A model generated the notes under the pieces. The model did no database searches. It saw nothing but the letters and a program-made list of their open reading frames with translations, and had not been told where the DNA came from. 64,000 bases of DNA from the human T2T-CHM13v2.0 reference genome, Homo sapiens, in the NCBI RefSeq assembly GCF_009914755.1, contig NC_060925.1, one strand, 5' to 3'. Below are positions 1-14,015 of this stretch, one piece after another (position 1 is the first letter of the stretch; every line of letters begins with the position of its first letter). Made by a program: the position numbers and the translations under genes.

Positions 1-148
1 CATGCCTGTAATCCCAGCTACTCAGGAAGCTGAGGTGGGAGAATCACTTGAACCTGGGAGGCAGGAGGTTGCGGTGAGCTGAGATCGTGCCATTGCACTC
101 CAGCCTGGGCAACAAGAGCGAAACTCCGTCTCAAAGAAAAAAAAAAAA
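1..148 (+). mobile_element. Alu (right arm and A-tail, cut by window edge)
   Basis: CCTGTAATCCCAGCTACTCAGGA...GCAACAAGAGCGAAACTCCGTCTC followed by poly(A). Confidence 0.95.
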
Positions 149-254
149 TAAGACTTCCAGAGTGGATTTTAAACATAACCCAATTATAAATTGTCTACAA
201 GAAATTCAACCCAAAAATAATTAAATAAGTGAAAAGTAAAAGGAAGAAGTGGTA

Positions 255-630
255 GACAAAATAGTGGCCCTCACAAAGATGTCCAAGCCCTGATCCTGGC
301 ATCAGTGAGTATGTGACCTTATATGGCAAAAGGCATTCTGAACATATAATCAAGGTTAAGGGGCTTGAGATGGAAGAGTACCCTGAATTATCCAGGTGGG
401 CCTGGATAACGCAATGGACATACAATCTAATCACATGCATCATTCGGAGAAACTTTAACAGCTGTGGTTAGAGAGGAAGCTGGCTAGAGAAGGATCAAAG
501 AGATGCAATGTTTCTGGCTTTGAAGTTGGAGGAAAGGGGCCAGGAGTCAAGTGATGTGGGCAGCCTCTGGATGCTGGGAAATATATTCTCCCCTAGAGCC
601 TCCAGAAAGGAATGCAGCTCTGCTGATACC
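255..630 (+). mobile_element. MLT1-type MaLR LTR, old and degenerate
   Basis: Typical MLT1 motifs (GTGACCTTATATGGCAAAAGG, GATTATCCAGGTGGG-like, CCCCTAGAGCCTCCAGAAAGGAATGCAGC); ends approximate. Confidence 0.6.
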
Positions 631-691
631 CAAAGACAGGAGAATACACATTGTTTTCAAGTGCCATGGACCATACAACATATTCAGGGCC

Positions 692-1128
692 TGTCTTAGT
701 CCATTTAGTGTTGCTATGGAATACTCGAGGTTGGATAATTTAAAAATAAAAAGAGGTTTATTTGGCTCATGGTTCTACAGATTGTACAAGAAGCATGGCA
801 CCAACATCTGCTTCAGGTGAGGGCTTCAGACTGTTTCCACTAATGGCAGAAGGGGAAGTGGGGGTGGCATGTACAGAGATCACATGGTGAGAGAGGAAGA
901 AAGGTGTGGGGGATGCCAGGCTCTTTTTAACAACCAGCTTTCTGGAAGCTAGTAAGTAAGAAGTCAGTCACTCTCTCTGCTCCCTGCTCAGGGAGAGCAT
1001 TAATCTATTCAGGAAGGATTTGCCCCCATGACCTAAACACCTTTCATTAGGCCCCACCTCCAACACTGGGGATCAAATTTCAACATGATATTTGGTGGGG
1101 ACAGATAATCCATATCCAAACTAAAGCA
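692..1128 (-). mobile_element. MST-family MaLR solo LTR
   Basis: TG...CA termini, 5-bp TSD GGGCC (687-691 / 1129-1133), MST motif GGCCCCACCTCCAACACTGGGGATCAAATTTCAACATGA; interrupts an old L1. Confidence 0.85.
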
Positions 1129-1133
1129 GGGCC

Positions 1134-2525
1134 AGAAAACCCCAACACATTTAAAAGAACTGAAATTGTACAGAGTATGTTCTCTGACCACAATGTAATA
1201 AAATTAGAATTCATGGACAGAAACATTAGAGGCAAATCTCTCAACACTTGGAAACTAGACAACACACTTCTTTCTAAACAGTCCATCAAAAGAGGAAGTC
1301 TCCAGGGAAATAAATACACTGAACTAAATAAAAATGAAAATACAACATATCAAAATTTGTGCAACAAAAATTAACTCAAAGTAGATCATGGACTTAAATA
1401 AGAAGCTGTAAAACTTTTAGGAAAAAACTCTTTAGGATCTGGGAATAGCCAATGAGTTCTTATATTTGACACCAAACAACAAGAAAACTATCCATAAGAG
1501 AAAAAATTGATAAACTGATAAATTTTAGCCAAAATTTAAAACTTTTGTAAGACATATATCTGAGAAAATATTAGTATCTAGATTATATAAAGACTAGAGT
1601 ATGTCAAAACTCAACAGTGAAAAAACAACAACAACAAAGGATCCTATTTTAAAATGGGCAAAAGACAGAAAAAGACATTTTATCAAAGAGGTTACATATT
1701 TCATTAGCCAATAGGGAAATTCATATCTAAGCCACAATGAGATAGCATTTCACATACATTAGAATAGTCAATATAAAAAAGTAGCAATATCAAATGCTGG
1801 CAAGGATGCAAAGAATCCAAACTCAGTCATACATTGCTGGTGGGAATGTAAAATAGTACAGCTACTCTGGAAACAGTTTGGCAGTTTCTTTAAAAACTAA
1901 ACATGCAACTACCATATGACCCACTCACAGCACTCCTAGGCATTTATTACAGAGAAATGAAGATTTATTTTCATACAAAATCTGTATACAAATGTTTACA
2001 ATATCTTTCTTTTCTTTTTTGGCAATAGCCACAAACTATAAACAACTCAGATATCCTTCAGTGGGTGAGTGGTGAAACAAACTGTGGTATACTGTGCTGT
2101 GGAGTACTACTCAGCAATAAAAAGAAACTACTGATACATGCAACGACCTGGATGAATCTCCAGAGAATTACTCTGAGTGAAAAAAAGCCAGTCCCCAAAG
2201 GCTACATATTGTATGATTTTACTCACGTATCATTTTCAAAGTGACAAAATTATAGAAATGGAGAACAGATTAGTGGTTGCCAGGCGTTAAGGAATTGGTG
2301 AGGTAGAAGGGAGATGAGTGTAGCTATCAAAGTGCAAGTTGAGGGATCCTTGTGGAGATGGAAAATGTTCTGGATCTTGACTGTACCAATGTCAATATCC
2401 TGTTGTGATAGTGTACCATCATTGCAAGTGTACACAATGTGATAATGTACCACATTGCAAGATATGACCACGAGGGGAAACTGGGTAAAGGTTACATGGG
2501 ATCCTTCTGTATTATTTCTTAAAAC
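1134..2525 (+). mobile_element. Old L1M (L1MB/MC-like) ORF2 and 3'UTR fragments
   Basis: Degenerate ORF2 peptide MFSDHNVIKLE...NENTTYQNL (1177-1374) and L1M 3' motifs (ACATTGCTGGTGGGAATGTAAAATAGTACAGCTACTCTGGAAAC). Confidence 0.75.
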
Positions 2526-2529
2526 TGGT

Positions 2530-2663
2530 GACTCATGCCTGTAGTCCCAGCTACTCAGAAGGCTGAGGTGGGAGGATCACTGAAGCCCAGGTCGAGGCTG
2601 CAATGGGCCACTGCACTCCAGCCTGGGCAACAGAGTGAGACCCTATCTCAAAAAAAAAAAAAA
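2530..2663 (+). mobile_element. Alu monomer/right-arm fragment
   Basis: CCTGTAGTCCCAGCTACTC...GACCCTATCTC plus A-tail. Confidence 0.85.
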
Positions 2664-4924
2664 GTTGAATTTTCAAAAATAATATGTAATTATATCCACA
2701 AAGATAACAATACTTAACACTTAGGAGTCAACAGCAAAAACCAGAAATTACCCTTGGTAGGTTAGGCAGAAAGGAATGTAATACAGGGAATTAGATCACC
2801 ACAAAATTGTCGAAAGGCCTGGAGGAGTAACATCTAGGCTGATCTTCTGGGTACAACTGCTAAATCAAGCACCACAGTATGGACACACCAAGGAAGTATC
2901 TACCTCCACGACCTGGAAGCCAGGAACCAACCAGGAGGCCACGGTACTGTCAGCCCCAGGGACCTATCAACGCAGCCACAATCCGTGATAACAAAATGAA
3001 TGCTCTGTACCCTCCCAGAGACCCATGAGGTAGTAGCTAAGTGGGAAGCGGAAAATCCAAACCCCTCTGTGTCCTTCCCCTCACTTTCCCCTTCCAAATC
3101 TCCCAGTCACGTGCCTGGCTAAAGCCAAGTCACGTTTACAACCAAACTACAGTGCGGTCTGGGAAAGGTAGTCTTTAGCTTTTTAACCTCCAGATGTAGA
3201 TTCTTTTGCCCTTCTGTCAGGGAGATGACAAGTAGTGAAAAAGCAAGCAAAACAGCAAGAAGTAATAGGTCTGCATATTCCAGAAACAAAAAGGTCCTAA
3301 GGTAACTTCATGATCCAAAGATGAATATCCAAATGTCCATCAATATTGGTAACCAAATAAACATTAAATTAAACAATACGATAGCATATTAACTTCTCAA
3401 ATTAGAAAATACCAGTGTTGCTGAGAGTATAGAGAAATAAGCAAAAATTTTGCATACTCTTTATTCTAGAAATGGTACCTTTCAGGAATTAAACGTCCAT
3501 ACCTATAATAAATATTTGGTTACAAGGATATTTATGTTACTTACAATAGCAAAAAAAAAGAACCTAAATACCAAGAAGAGGGACTGTCTAAACTATGGTA
3601 CATCCATATACTGAAAAACTGTAACCATTAAGAATGATGTTGAAGAAGACTGAATGATAAGGAAAAAAAGTTATGATTTCCCAAAAAAATGTACATGAAA
3701 CTCCATTTTTCACCTTCCCCCTCCACCAGAAAGTAAAAGAAATTATACAGGATAGAGAACATGTTAACAGTAAGGAGATTATGGAGATTAATATTTATTT
3801 TCTTTATGCATAGGCTATTTCCCTGAATGTTTTACTGAAAATACGTACTACTTCTGTAACCAAACGAAAAAAAAAGTAGTAAGAATTTTTTTAACCAACT
3901 CATGAAGAATAGTTTCTCATAACACTAGTTTATTCTGGTAAACAGAAATAGAAATTACAAGTTATAATATTCAGTAGCCATTCCTTTGACTCTGCTTTTC
4001 TATTTTCCTTCTCCACTACCAATTTATCCAAGTTGCCACATTTGCCTACTTAATTCTGAATTTACTCACTCCATTCCATCCACTCAAACTTGCAACCTCT
4101 TGTCTCCTCATTTTCACTAAAACACTTGCCCATATGTACGTTTCTCCTGGCATATTATCCACAGCTAAGTATCAACTGGCACACTTTTCTGAGCCCTCTC
4201 TCACACAAGTTCTTAAAGAACCATTCCCAACACTTGCAAGGAAATAGGCAAACCCACAAACATAAACTTTCGTTAAGATAAAGTCAAACATAAAAAGACC
4301 AGTCTACAAGCTCATACTTAAAACTGGATACATACTCCTTACAGCCACACATTCTTACAGACTCAGGGAATCAAGGAGAGAGGTCTTTCTCTTTCATGTC
4401 AGCGTCCTCTCCATTCAACTTCATCTTTCAGTCTTCTAAGCTGAACACAGAATTGCACCTTTTGTTTCATTCCTAGAATGACAAACCTTACTCTTTCGTG
4501 GTACTGAGCACTTAAATAAATTAGTTTATACTTTTAAATGCACTCTCACTAGTCTAAAACTCTAGGTAGGAAGGGTCCCTATTTGTTTTGCTCATCTTTG
4601 TAGCCAATGCCTAAGAATACGCTCCCAGTAGCATTCAATAAGTAATGAATAAACGACTGTATTATTACTGATGCATGATTCTGTCAATACAGTCAAAGCA
4701 CACACTACGTTCCCAACTTATAAGTAAGGAAAACGAGGCTGGGGCGGTTCAGCGGCGAGTCAGCGCAGACCCAGGAGGAGAGCGGGGTCTCGGAGCTGCA
4801 GGAAGTACGGTCAGCCATGCAGCGGCAGGGCTGGGGGGCATGCAAGGTTCGCGCTTTGCAGACTCTCCGTAAGGGCTAGTGTCAATAAATCGAGTTACGT
4901 GCGGTGGTGAGCGGACAAGCTAAG

Positions 4925-5010
4925 TTGGCATATAGTACGTGGTTCAGTCAGTATTTATGAATGACTCAAGACACAAAAATAGCTTCATAAACAGTGCTTT
5001 GCTTGAGTTT
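4925..5010. repeat. Left arm of inverted repeat bracketing CHD1L exon 1
   Basis: 4947-5010 is the reverse complement of 6699-6763 with a single 1-nt indel; 4925-4946 matches 7183-7204 with 4 mismatches. Confidence 0.95.
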
Positions 5011-5316
5011 GTCCGCTCACTACCGCACGTAACTCGATCCGGAGAATTAATCCGTGGCGAATTCTCCAATAACTGCGCGCGCACAGTAAACGGAGAAGCT
5101 GAAGCTGGGAGATGAGTTGATCGTTTTACAGAAGCAACCAATAAACTCCCCAGGCCGGGACCCAAACCCACCGGAACAGCAACTGGAAACCTACATCCTT
5201 GGTGCACCAGGCCGTCCAACTCTTCAGCGGAGGCCTGCAGGTGGCGCTGATCTCACCACGTTTCCCCTCCACAGGCCAGGGGCCAGGCCTGGCTACCGGG
5301 CCCGCGACCTCATTCA

Positions 5317-5943
<627 letters not shown>

Positions 5944-6282
5944 TCAAGGAGGTGGCATGTGTTCATCATTCATTTATTATTTAATCAACATCGACTATCA
6001 TGTGTCAGACACTCCGCTGGGCCCTGGGGGTTCTAGAAGTAAGACTTGTTCCGTGCCCTCCAGTGATTCACGATAAGATCAAACTGTTCTTGTTCGGTTT
6101 ACCTAGTGATAAATTGATTTAGTCCCTGAAATCCCTTTCTTACTGCCTGTGACCTGTAGGCCAAAATTGGGAACCTCTGAATAGTAGTAAATTAAAATCA
6201 CCAAAGACGTCATTGTGGCAGTGGGTATCTCAAGTGCATTATGGGGAGCAGATTGAGGCAATGTGTTCAGTTAGGGGTCACC

Positions 6283-6293
6283 GTGACTCAGCA
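6283..6293 (+). promoter_or_regulatory. Consensus ARE/MARE (NRF2-sMAF) with embedded AP-1 site
   Basis: GTGACTCAGCA matches RTGACnnnGCA exactly; motif match only. Confidence 0.45.
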
Positions 6294-6698
6294 TCAGCTT
6301 TGAGTGGATTTATGATGTAGTATACCACTAATATAAATATGATAATAACAAAATAGCTGCATTTATTGATGAAGTTCTGGGTGGTGTCCTAAGGGCTTTA
6401 AGTATATTTTCTTATTTAACCTTCACAATAACCAATAATTAGGTGTTATAATTGTCCCCACATTGTAAATGAAGATATTGGGACTTGTAATGGTAATTGG
6501 CAGTACTGGAACAGGAACGATATTATTCTCTGGCTAATGTCATTAGAATAGTATTCTCATTTAGGTTAATCTTGGTGCTTCCTTCTTCAGTAAACTCATG
6601 TTAAATTTGTACCCTCCATTCTCATCTTCCTCTAAAATAAAAGGGAGAAATTTGTTCTGAGCTAGAAAAGGGATGACTTCAGATTGGTTTATTCATAA

Positions 6699-6763
6699 AA
6701 ACTCAAGCAAAGCACTGTTTTATGAAGCTATTTTTGTGTCTTGAGTCATTCATAAATACTGAC
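6699..6763. repeat. Right arm of inverted repeat (continues at 7178-7204 beyond LTR7)
   Basis: AAACTCAAGCAAAGCACTGTTTTATGAAGCTATTTTTGTGTCTTGAGTCATTCATAAATACTGAC = reverse complement of 4947-5010 plus one T. Confidence 0.95.
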
Positions 6764-7177
6764 TTTCATGCGCGTCCGTGTGAAGAGACCACCAAACAGG
6801 CTTTGTGTGAGCAATAAAGCTGTTTATTTCACCTGGGTGCAGGTGGGCTGAGTCCGAAAAGAGTCAGCGAAGGGAGATAGGGGTGGGGTCGTTTTATAAG
6901 ATTTGGGTAGGTAAAGGAAAATTACAGTCAAAGGGGGTTTGTTCTGTGGCGGGCAGGAGTGAGGGGTCACAAGGTGCTCGGTAGGGGAGCTTTTTGAGCC
7001 AGGATGAACCAGGAAAAGGACTTTCACAAGGTAATGTCATTACTTAAGGCAAAGACGGGCCATTTAAACTTCTTTTGTGGTGGAATGTCATCAGTTAAGG
7101 CAGGAACCAGCCATCTGGATGTGTACGTGCAGGTCACAGGGGATATGATGGCTTAGCTTGGGCTCAGAGGCCTGACA
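6764..7177 (-). mobile_element. HERV-H solo LTR (LTR7 family, LTR7B/Y-like)
   Basis: Minus strand begins TGTCAGGCCTCTGAGCCCAAGCTAAGCC and ends CACACGGACGCGCATGAAA; 5-bp TSD CTGAC (6759-6763 / 7178-7182). Confidence 0.92.
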
Positions 7178-7294
7178 CTGACTGAATTACATACTATGTG
7201 CCAAGCACTCTATGGTACTGAAGATAGAGGCCACTTATCTCCTGGATCTTACATTTTAAAAGGAGGAGACAAGCAATAAATAAAAATCAGGTAG

Positions 7295-8263
7295 TGAAGG
7301 GGTGGCCTGCCCCTCCACACTTGTGGGTATTTCTCGTCGGGTGGAATGAGAGACTTAAGAAAAAAAAAGAGACACAGAGACAAAGTATAGAGAAAGAAAA
7401 GTGGGCCCAGGGAACCGGCGCTCAGCATACAGAGGACCTGCGCTGGCACCAGCCTCAGTTCCCTTAGTATTTATTGATCATTATCGGGCATTTCTCAGAG
7501 AGTGGGATGTGGCAGGACAATAGGGTAATAGTGGAGAGACGGTCAGCATGAAAACAGGTGAACAAATGTCTCTGCATCATAAACAAGGTAAAGAAAAAAG
7601 TCCTGTGCTTTTGATGTGCATACACATAAACATCTCAATGCCTTAAAGAGCAGTATTGCTGCCCACATGTCCCACCTCCAGGCCTAAGGTGGTTTTCTCC
7701 TATCTCAGTAAATGGAATATACAATCGGGTTTTACACCGAGACATTCCATTGCCCAGGGATGAGCAGGAGACAGATGCCTTCCTCTTATCTCAACTGCAA
7801 AGAGGCCTTCCTTTCTCTTTTACTAATCCTCCTCAGCACAGACCCTTTATGGGTGTCAGGCTGGGGGACGGTCAGGTCTTTCCCTTCCCACAAGGCCATA
7901 TTTCAGGCTATCACATGGGGAGAAACCTTGGACAATACCTGGCTTTCCTAGGCAGAGGTCCCTGCGGCCTTCCGCAGTGTATTGTGTCTCTGGGTACTTG
8001 AGATTAGGGAGTGGACTCTTAACAAGCATGCTGCCTTCAAGCATTTGTTTAACAAAGCACATCCTGCACAGCCCTGAATCCATTTAACCTTGAGTGGACA
8101 CAGCCCATGTTTCAGGGAGCACAGGGTTGGGGGTAGGGTTACAGATTAACAGCATCTCAAGGCAGAAGAATTTTTCTTAGAACAGACCAAAATGGAGTCT
8201 CTTATTTCTACTTCTTTCTACACAGACACAGTAGCAGTCTGAGCTCTCTTTCTTTTCCCCACA
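7295..8263 (-). mobile_element. HERV-K(HML-2) solo LTR (LTR5A/B-like)
   Basis: 969 bp; minus strand begins TGTGGGGAAAAGAAAGAGAG and ends GGCCACCCCTTCA; 6-bp TSD AGGTAG (7289-7294 / 8264-8269). Confidence 0.93.
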
Positions 8264-9010
8264 AGGTAGGATTAATGCTAAGACAAAAGTAAAACACAAT
8301 CGCATAATGGGGCAATAGTAATTTTGTACAGCAGCTTTCCTGCTTGGGTGTTTTCTCAAAACAAACCTGAAGAGAGATTTATATCCTTTGGTGGCTTCTC
8401 CAGAGGGACCTCTGTCCTATGTGGCTGCTCATGAGTGGTTTTTGCATCTTGGTCTCCATGTATGACTTATTTCCTCTCCTCTAGATTCTACCAGTAGACT
8501 TATCTGCTAAAGCAGCCATATCAAGCACTTGCCACTTAAATATAAGCCTGTTTATTATTTTTAACTTAAAGTACATTTGTTGTAACAGAATACCAGATGA
8601 TAGAGTCCTAGGTATAAGCCAGGTAGACTGTTGGTATACTAAGTCTGGTACCTAAAATACAGCTAAGAAAGGTAGCTGAGAGACTCCAGGTCTGCCAGTG
8701 AGGTGACACATAGAAAAGTTTTGCTCTGAATACTGTATGAAGAGATCTGTAGATGATCAGGATGGAAGGAAGGAGGCAGTTTGGAAACTATTGCAGTAGT
8801 CTGGGCAAGAGTTGATAGTTTTGGGGCCAGCATGGTGATAGTGGAGTGGTGAGTAGTGGTCTGCTACTAGATCTATTGAAAAGATAGAGCCTATAGGATT
8901 CACTGATTGAGCATCTGGGAGAAATGAAGAAGCAAAGGTTGGGTTCAGGGATGTGGCCCGAGCAACTGGTGGGATGTGTTGGATTTGTACAAACAGTGCT
9001 GGGCACATAG

Positions 9011-9567
9011 TGTTGTACTTGAGCGAGTTAGAGAGAACGCCACACTTTGAGACGAATTAAGAGTCTGTTTATTTAGCCAGCGGCTGAGAGATGGCTAACG
9101 CTCAAAGTTCTCTTGGCCCTGAAGAAGGGGCTAGATTTTCTTTTATACTTTGGTTTAGAAAGGGGAGGGGGGGTCTAGTTAAAACAATTTTCCAGAAGTA
9201 AAGTAGGCAGAAAGTTAAAAGGATAAATGATTACAAGAAAGTAAACAGTTCTAGGTGCAGGGGCTTTAAGACTCTTACAAACTGATAGACGTGGGGCTTT
9301 GGGCGTTATCAATTGGACGAATTCCTGGGAACTGCGGATATTGCTCGCCACAGTATTTTATCAGTTAATTGAATTCTTGGATGTTCTGGGAGTCAGCTTG
9401 CACAAGTTATGTCTTTGAGGAAGGGGCTGCCAGTGAAAGAGCCAAGATGAAGTCTGTCTGGCTCTCTTAGCTAAGGGACAGTCAATTCAGGTGGAAACAA
9501 GGCTAGGTGATTAAAGGAAAGAGAGAATCTAAAAACAGGGTTAGTAAAAACAAGGTTAGGCATTACA
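9011..9567 (-). mobile_element. ERV1 solo LTR, LTR6 family (HERV-S71)
   Basis: 557 bp; minus strand TGTAATGCCTAACCTTGTTTTTACTAACCC...CTCGCTCAAGTACAACA; 4-bp TSD ATAG (9007-9010 / 9568-9571); splits an L2-like fragment. Confidence 0.8.
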
Positions 9568-10685
9568 ATAGTATGCCCTCAATAAATATTGTTGAATGTT
9601 TGAATGAGGTGCCTGTGGAACAATTTTAAAATCTAGGGCATATGATTGTTATAACTTTGAAGTACAGAGAGTGCATTTCACAGATGGGCAAACCAAGGCA
9701 CAGAAAGTTTAGGAAGCTGGTCCAGTGTTTTCTGTGAGTCGTGATTAACTCCCAGAATAAAATTTAGCCTCAACTCATTTTTCATTCATTGTTCAGGTTA
9801 TACAATCATGCTGTTTTTGTTAATTGTTTTATTCCTCCACAGAAAGGATGTGTCCTTTGGCAACAGCAACTCCATAAGATTAATGCTAACCAACTAACAC
9901 TGTCAGTGGGACTTAGCATGTGCAGACATTACCAAAACAAGCATGGATTAAGCACAGATTAAGAAACAAATTATGTTTGCTGTTTGTTGTATCCTTGCTC
10001 TGTTAGGTAACATCAGGGCACCAGTTAGAAGCACCTAGTGAGTCAGATACGGAAATTGGATAAAAGCTGTGACCAAAGTAAACATTTATTCAGACCTCTT
10101 GAGTAAATGAACTTGGAACTTTGAGCTTAGGTTAGAATTAGGTCCGTGCCCATGGGTGGAAGATTTTTGTGCTGGGATGAAAAACACTTAACTTGGGTTT
10201 TCTTTCTTGCAAGAAATGAAAAACTGTATTTTGACTTTTGATGCCAGTATACCTCTTTGTCATGAAATAACATGTAATAAATTTAGAACCCAGAAAGCCA
10301 GGGAAAATATACCACAGTATAGAAGTATAGAAAAAAAGTAAGTTGGTTTCACAGGACTCTTGCCCAGTCACCTCAGAGAATTGCCACTCCCTTTTACTAT
10401 CAAAGGTAAGGTTGTAAAATAGTAATATTATCAAGTTAATCTTTGAGAACATAGTTTAGAAATTGTAGGCATCAAAATTTGCCCACGGTCTTTTTGCTTG
10501 AAAGGACAGTGTTTTCCTTTTTAACTGGATGCCTTTTGACTGTCATGCCATGCCATCACATTGGTCACCCAGAATTTCATTCTTTATGTTCTCCAACCAG
10601 CAGTGTAACGTTTATGCAATCTGCCCAGCTAGTCCCTGAAGGCTTTTGAGTTTGCCAAACTGGAAATTTAACTTTTGTGACATAT

Positions 10686-12526
10686 TGATGGCAGTGACGG
10701 CCTATCTAGAGCAGCTGCTGTCATGATGCCACTTGCAATGGGGGTGGCACACCAGGGCTGCCAGCTCCATGGAGCTGGGGGAACCAGGAACAGGTGGAGG
10801 CCCTGCCTCCTTCTGAGTTGGCAGGGCAGGAGCTTCCTGCTCCCCAGGTACAGCTGTGGCTGCCCAGCTGCAGCTGCAGACCTGGGCATCCCTGTGCTCT
10901 TTGGGGCTAAAAGCAGGCAGGAGCCCTACCCTCTCAGGCACAGCTGCAGCTGCCTGAGTCATGTCCACCAACTCGGCCTCCCTGTGCTCTTGGGTTCCTG
11001 GAGCAGGCAGGAGCCCCACCCTCCTGGGTGCAGCTATAGCTGCTCAAACCACAGCTGCAGACCTGGGCATCTCTGCACTCTTGGGGGCCCTGTAAGACCT
11101 CCCACCCCATTCCTGCAGGCTAAGAAGTGTCTCCTCCCATTGCCTGGCCTCTTTCTGCTCCCAGCACCCACTCCATTCCCAGAGCAAGGTTGGAGCTGAG
11201 GCTGGGTGCTATTGCAGCCTGGCCAGGTGTGCACCCACTCCAGGCAGCACTGACACATGGCTTTGGCCCCCTCAGGACTTTGGGTGCCAGCATGGGAGGG
11301 AGGCCAAGGGGGTGCTGGGGGCAGCTCAGCCTCTGTGCTTGCCTGCAGGTGCCCCTTTGCACAAACAGTTTGGGTGCTGTGAATGCCAGCAGGAGGCAGT
11401 CTCCTGGGTGGAAGGGAGCAGGTCACCAGTGAAGACCTACCCTCAAGCTGGGGAGGGCCTGAAGCCTGGAGGCTGGGCTGCTGGTCCCAAAAACCAGAGT
11501 GAGAACTTGTGTTTTATCTGGGTGCCTATGGACCAGTTGGCGCACACTTCCTCTCCTCTGAGGCCTGTAAAAGCCCCAGACTCAGCCAGACTTGAGACAG
11601 TGGGATAACCAGCCGCAGAGAGGAGCTACCCACCCCAGGGTCTACTCTCTGCTAAGAGCTGAGTTGACAATGATGACCTGCCAGCTGTGGAGAGGAGCTG
11701 CTTACTCCAGGGTCTCCTCTCTGTGAGAGCTAAGCAGACATTGGGACAACCAACTGCAGAGAGGAGCTACCCACTCCAGGGTCTCCTCTCTGCTGAGAAC
11801 TGAACACTCAATGGGACAACCTGCCTGTGGAGAGGAACTATCCAATGTGGGTCTCCTCTGAGCTGTTCTGTCACTCAATAAAGTTTCTCTTCACCTTGCT
11901 TACCCTCCACTTGTCAACTTACATCATTCTACTTGGACGCAGGACAAGAACTCAGGACCCGCCAAATGGTGGAGCTAAAAGAGTTGTAACACAAACAGGG
12001 CTGAAACATGCCCATTGCTTGCCACATTGTGGGCAACAAGAAGGAGAGAAGAGAGAAGGAGAGAGGAGCTGCAGCCCTTTGGGAAGCCCAGACCTAGGAG
12101 CTCACTGAGCCAGGGCTGTGACACCCTCTTTGGGGCTCTTTAGCTCTTGGCATCTCCAAGCTTCCAGGCACCACTGCATTCTCCAGTGCCAGCCATGAAA
12201 TCTGCTTGTGGCACCCCTGGTCCAGCTGGAGCCTCACAGGGAGTCAGTGCCCATACTGGCACCTGGAGCTGCCTGCCTTGCCGCAGCTGGCATGCCTGGC
12301 TGTGCATAGTGGCTGGACCTCATATTTGCTCACACACCCCTCTCTGCTCTGCATCTGGCTGGCCCTTGGCTGGCATGGGATCCAGGCTGGTAGCATGAGC
12401 CATGTGCAGCCTGCCAGGCTGAATGGACCAAACAAGCCCAATAGGCTCGAGCAAAACTTGTGCAAAAGCACCAATGGCCACAGAGGTTTCTGTCTCACAA
12501 AGCAACACCCCAAGAATCCCGTGACA
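10686..12526 (+). mobile_element. Long GC-rich ERV1 solo LTR, MER52 family
   Basis: TGATGGCAG...GTGACA termini, 4-bp TSD ATAT (10682-10685 / 12527-12530), internal GAGGAGCTACCCAC repeats, AATAAA at 11877. Confidence 0.8.
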
Positions 12527-13229
12527 ATATTTCCATGTAGGGGACAGGTTGTCTCAATAATATACCATAGGAAGCCAAAATGTTTCTCATGATTCACCCT
12601 ACTCTAAAATATTTTTAGGCAATGTAAAATTATGACCCTAAGAACTCTCTATGACCTTCTTCTTCCTCTGATTGACAAGAATCCAAAGCCATTTTTTTTA
12701 CCCTAACCCTATAAAGCCTGGGTTTTAGTTTTGAAAAATGAGCATACCTATTCTGGGTTCTGTTGCACATGTATCTATCCCTGAGGCAAAGTTATAACTT
12801 TGATGCAAGGGGGTTCCCCACCTCTATCCCCTCAAATTGCTCAAAAATGGCATGTCTAATTAGGCTTCCTAATTAGAGGGTTTTAACAATCAGAGTGCTT
12901 CTGAAAGGCCCATAATGCATAGTGAATTATGAGGATAATAGTAGCTATCCTATAATGCTGTTGTAAAAATTAAATGAAAATTTTTTCACAAGAAACTAAA
13001 TACAAATTTGAATGTCCAAGGTATTACGAAGGACTGAAAATCTTCACTTGGGAATGAGCCTGGGGATCACTCAAGTATCCACATCTCATCAGTGGAGAAT
13101 TAAGAAATTGGAAGTTATCCCTCATTATTGAGGTTCCATGGTAATCTCATTTGCTTGGGGTGTCTACAGGCATAGTGTTTTCCCCATATGTGTGGCCCAC
13201 AGATATGGGTCATAAAAGTAAACAGAAAT

Positions 13230-13234
13230 ACACA

Positions 13235-13284
<50 letters not shown>
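13230..13284. repeat. (CA)n microsatellite, ~27 units with one TA interruption
   Basis: Directly visible. Confidence 0.98.
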
Positions 13285-13286
<2 letters not shown>

Positions 13287-14015
13287 GTGGGATATCTACT
13301 CCATGGTGGGCTCTAACCAGCTTTGATAGATTGTATTACTGTTCCTAACTATCCACTTTCTCCCCACAAGATGGTTATACATTTATGCCCTTAGTCATGT
13401 GACTTGCAGTGCTTCCTAATAGGAAGAACCCCTGTGATTTGCCTTGGACAGTGGAATATGAGTGGATGTGATTTACCCTAGTATATAAGTTGAAGCTTTA
13501 AATGTGCTTGCCCAAATTATTCCTACCCTCTGCCATGGAAACTATACAAATGAAATAAGGGCCATGCTGGTTAAAATCTTTCATAATTTTTTCATGTCAG
13601 TATAAATTCATCTCATTAAATATAATATGTAATATAGTCCTTCCCCATCTTGATGAACGTTTATGAAGTCATTTCAAATTTTTCACTATTACTCCATAAA
13701 TATAGACAATTGTTATTTGTCCATTCAAAATAAATTAGTAAAAACATTTTTAAGTTAGAAAACAAAATAATTTTTTACAATTAATGCTGACTAATACTTG
13801 AACTCCAACTACATGCCAGGCCACGTGTGGGCACTTTACATGTGTTATAACATCCACAGGTTCTGCGGCTTAGGACATGGATGTCTTTGGGGACGATGTT
13901 TTCAGCCTACCATGATGGCTGTGATTTATCTCCTCATCTTTTTTAGATATGCACTTTCTCTTCCTCCTCTCTGGGTAACAAAGTACCTAGCACATAGCAG
14001 GCATAGAATGGATGC

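Noticed and set aside
10668-12597. Cluster of 70-160 aa ORFs and ~65-bp GAGGAGCTACCC tandem units
   Set aside because: All lie inside the GC-rich MER52-type LTR, and such internal repeats are normal for it. Not CRISPR-like and not coding.
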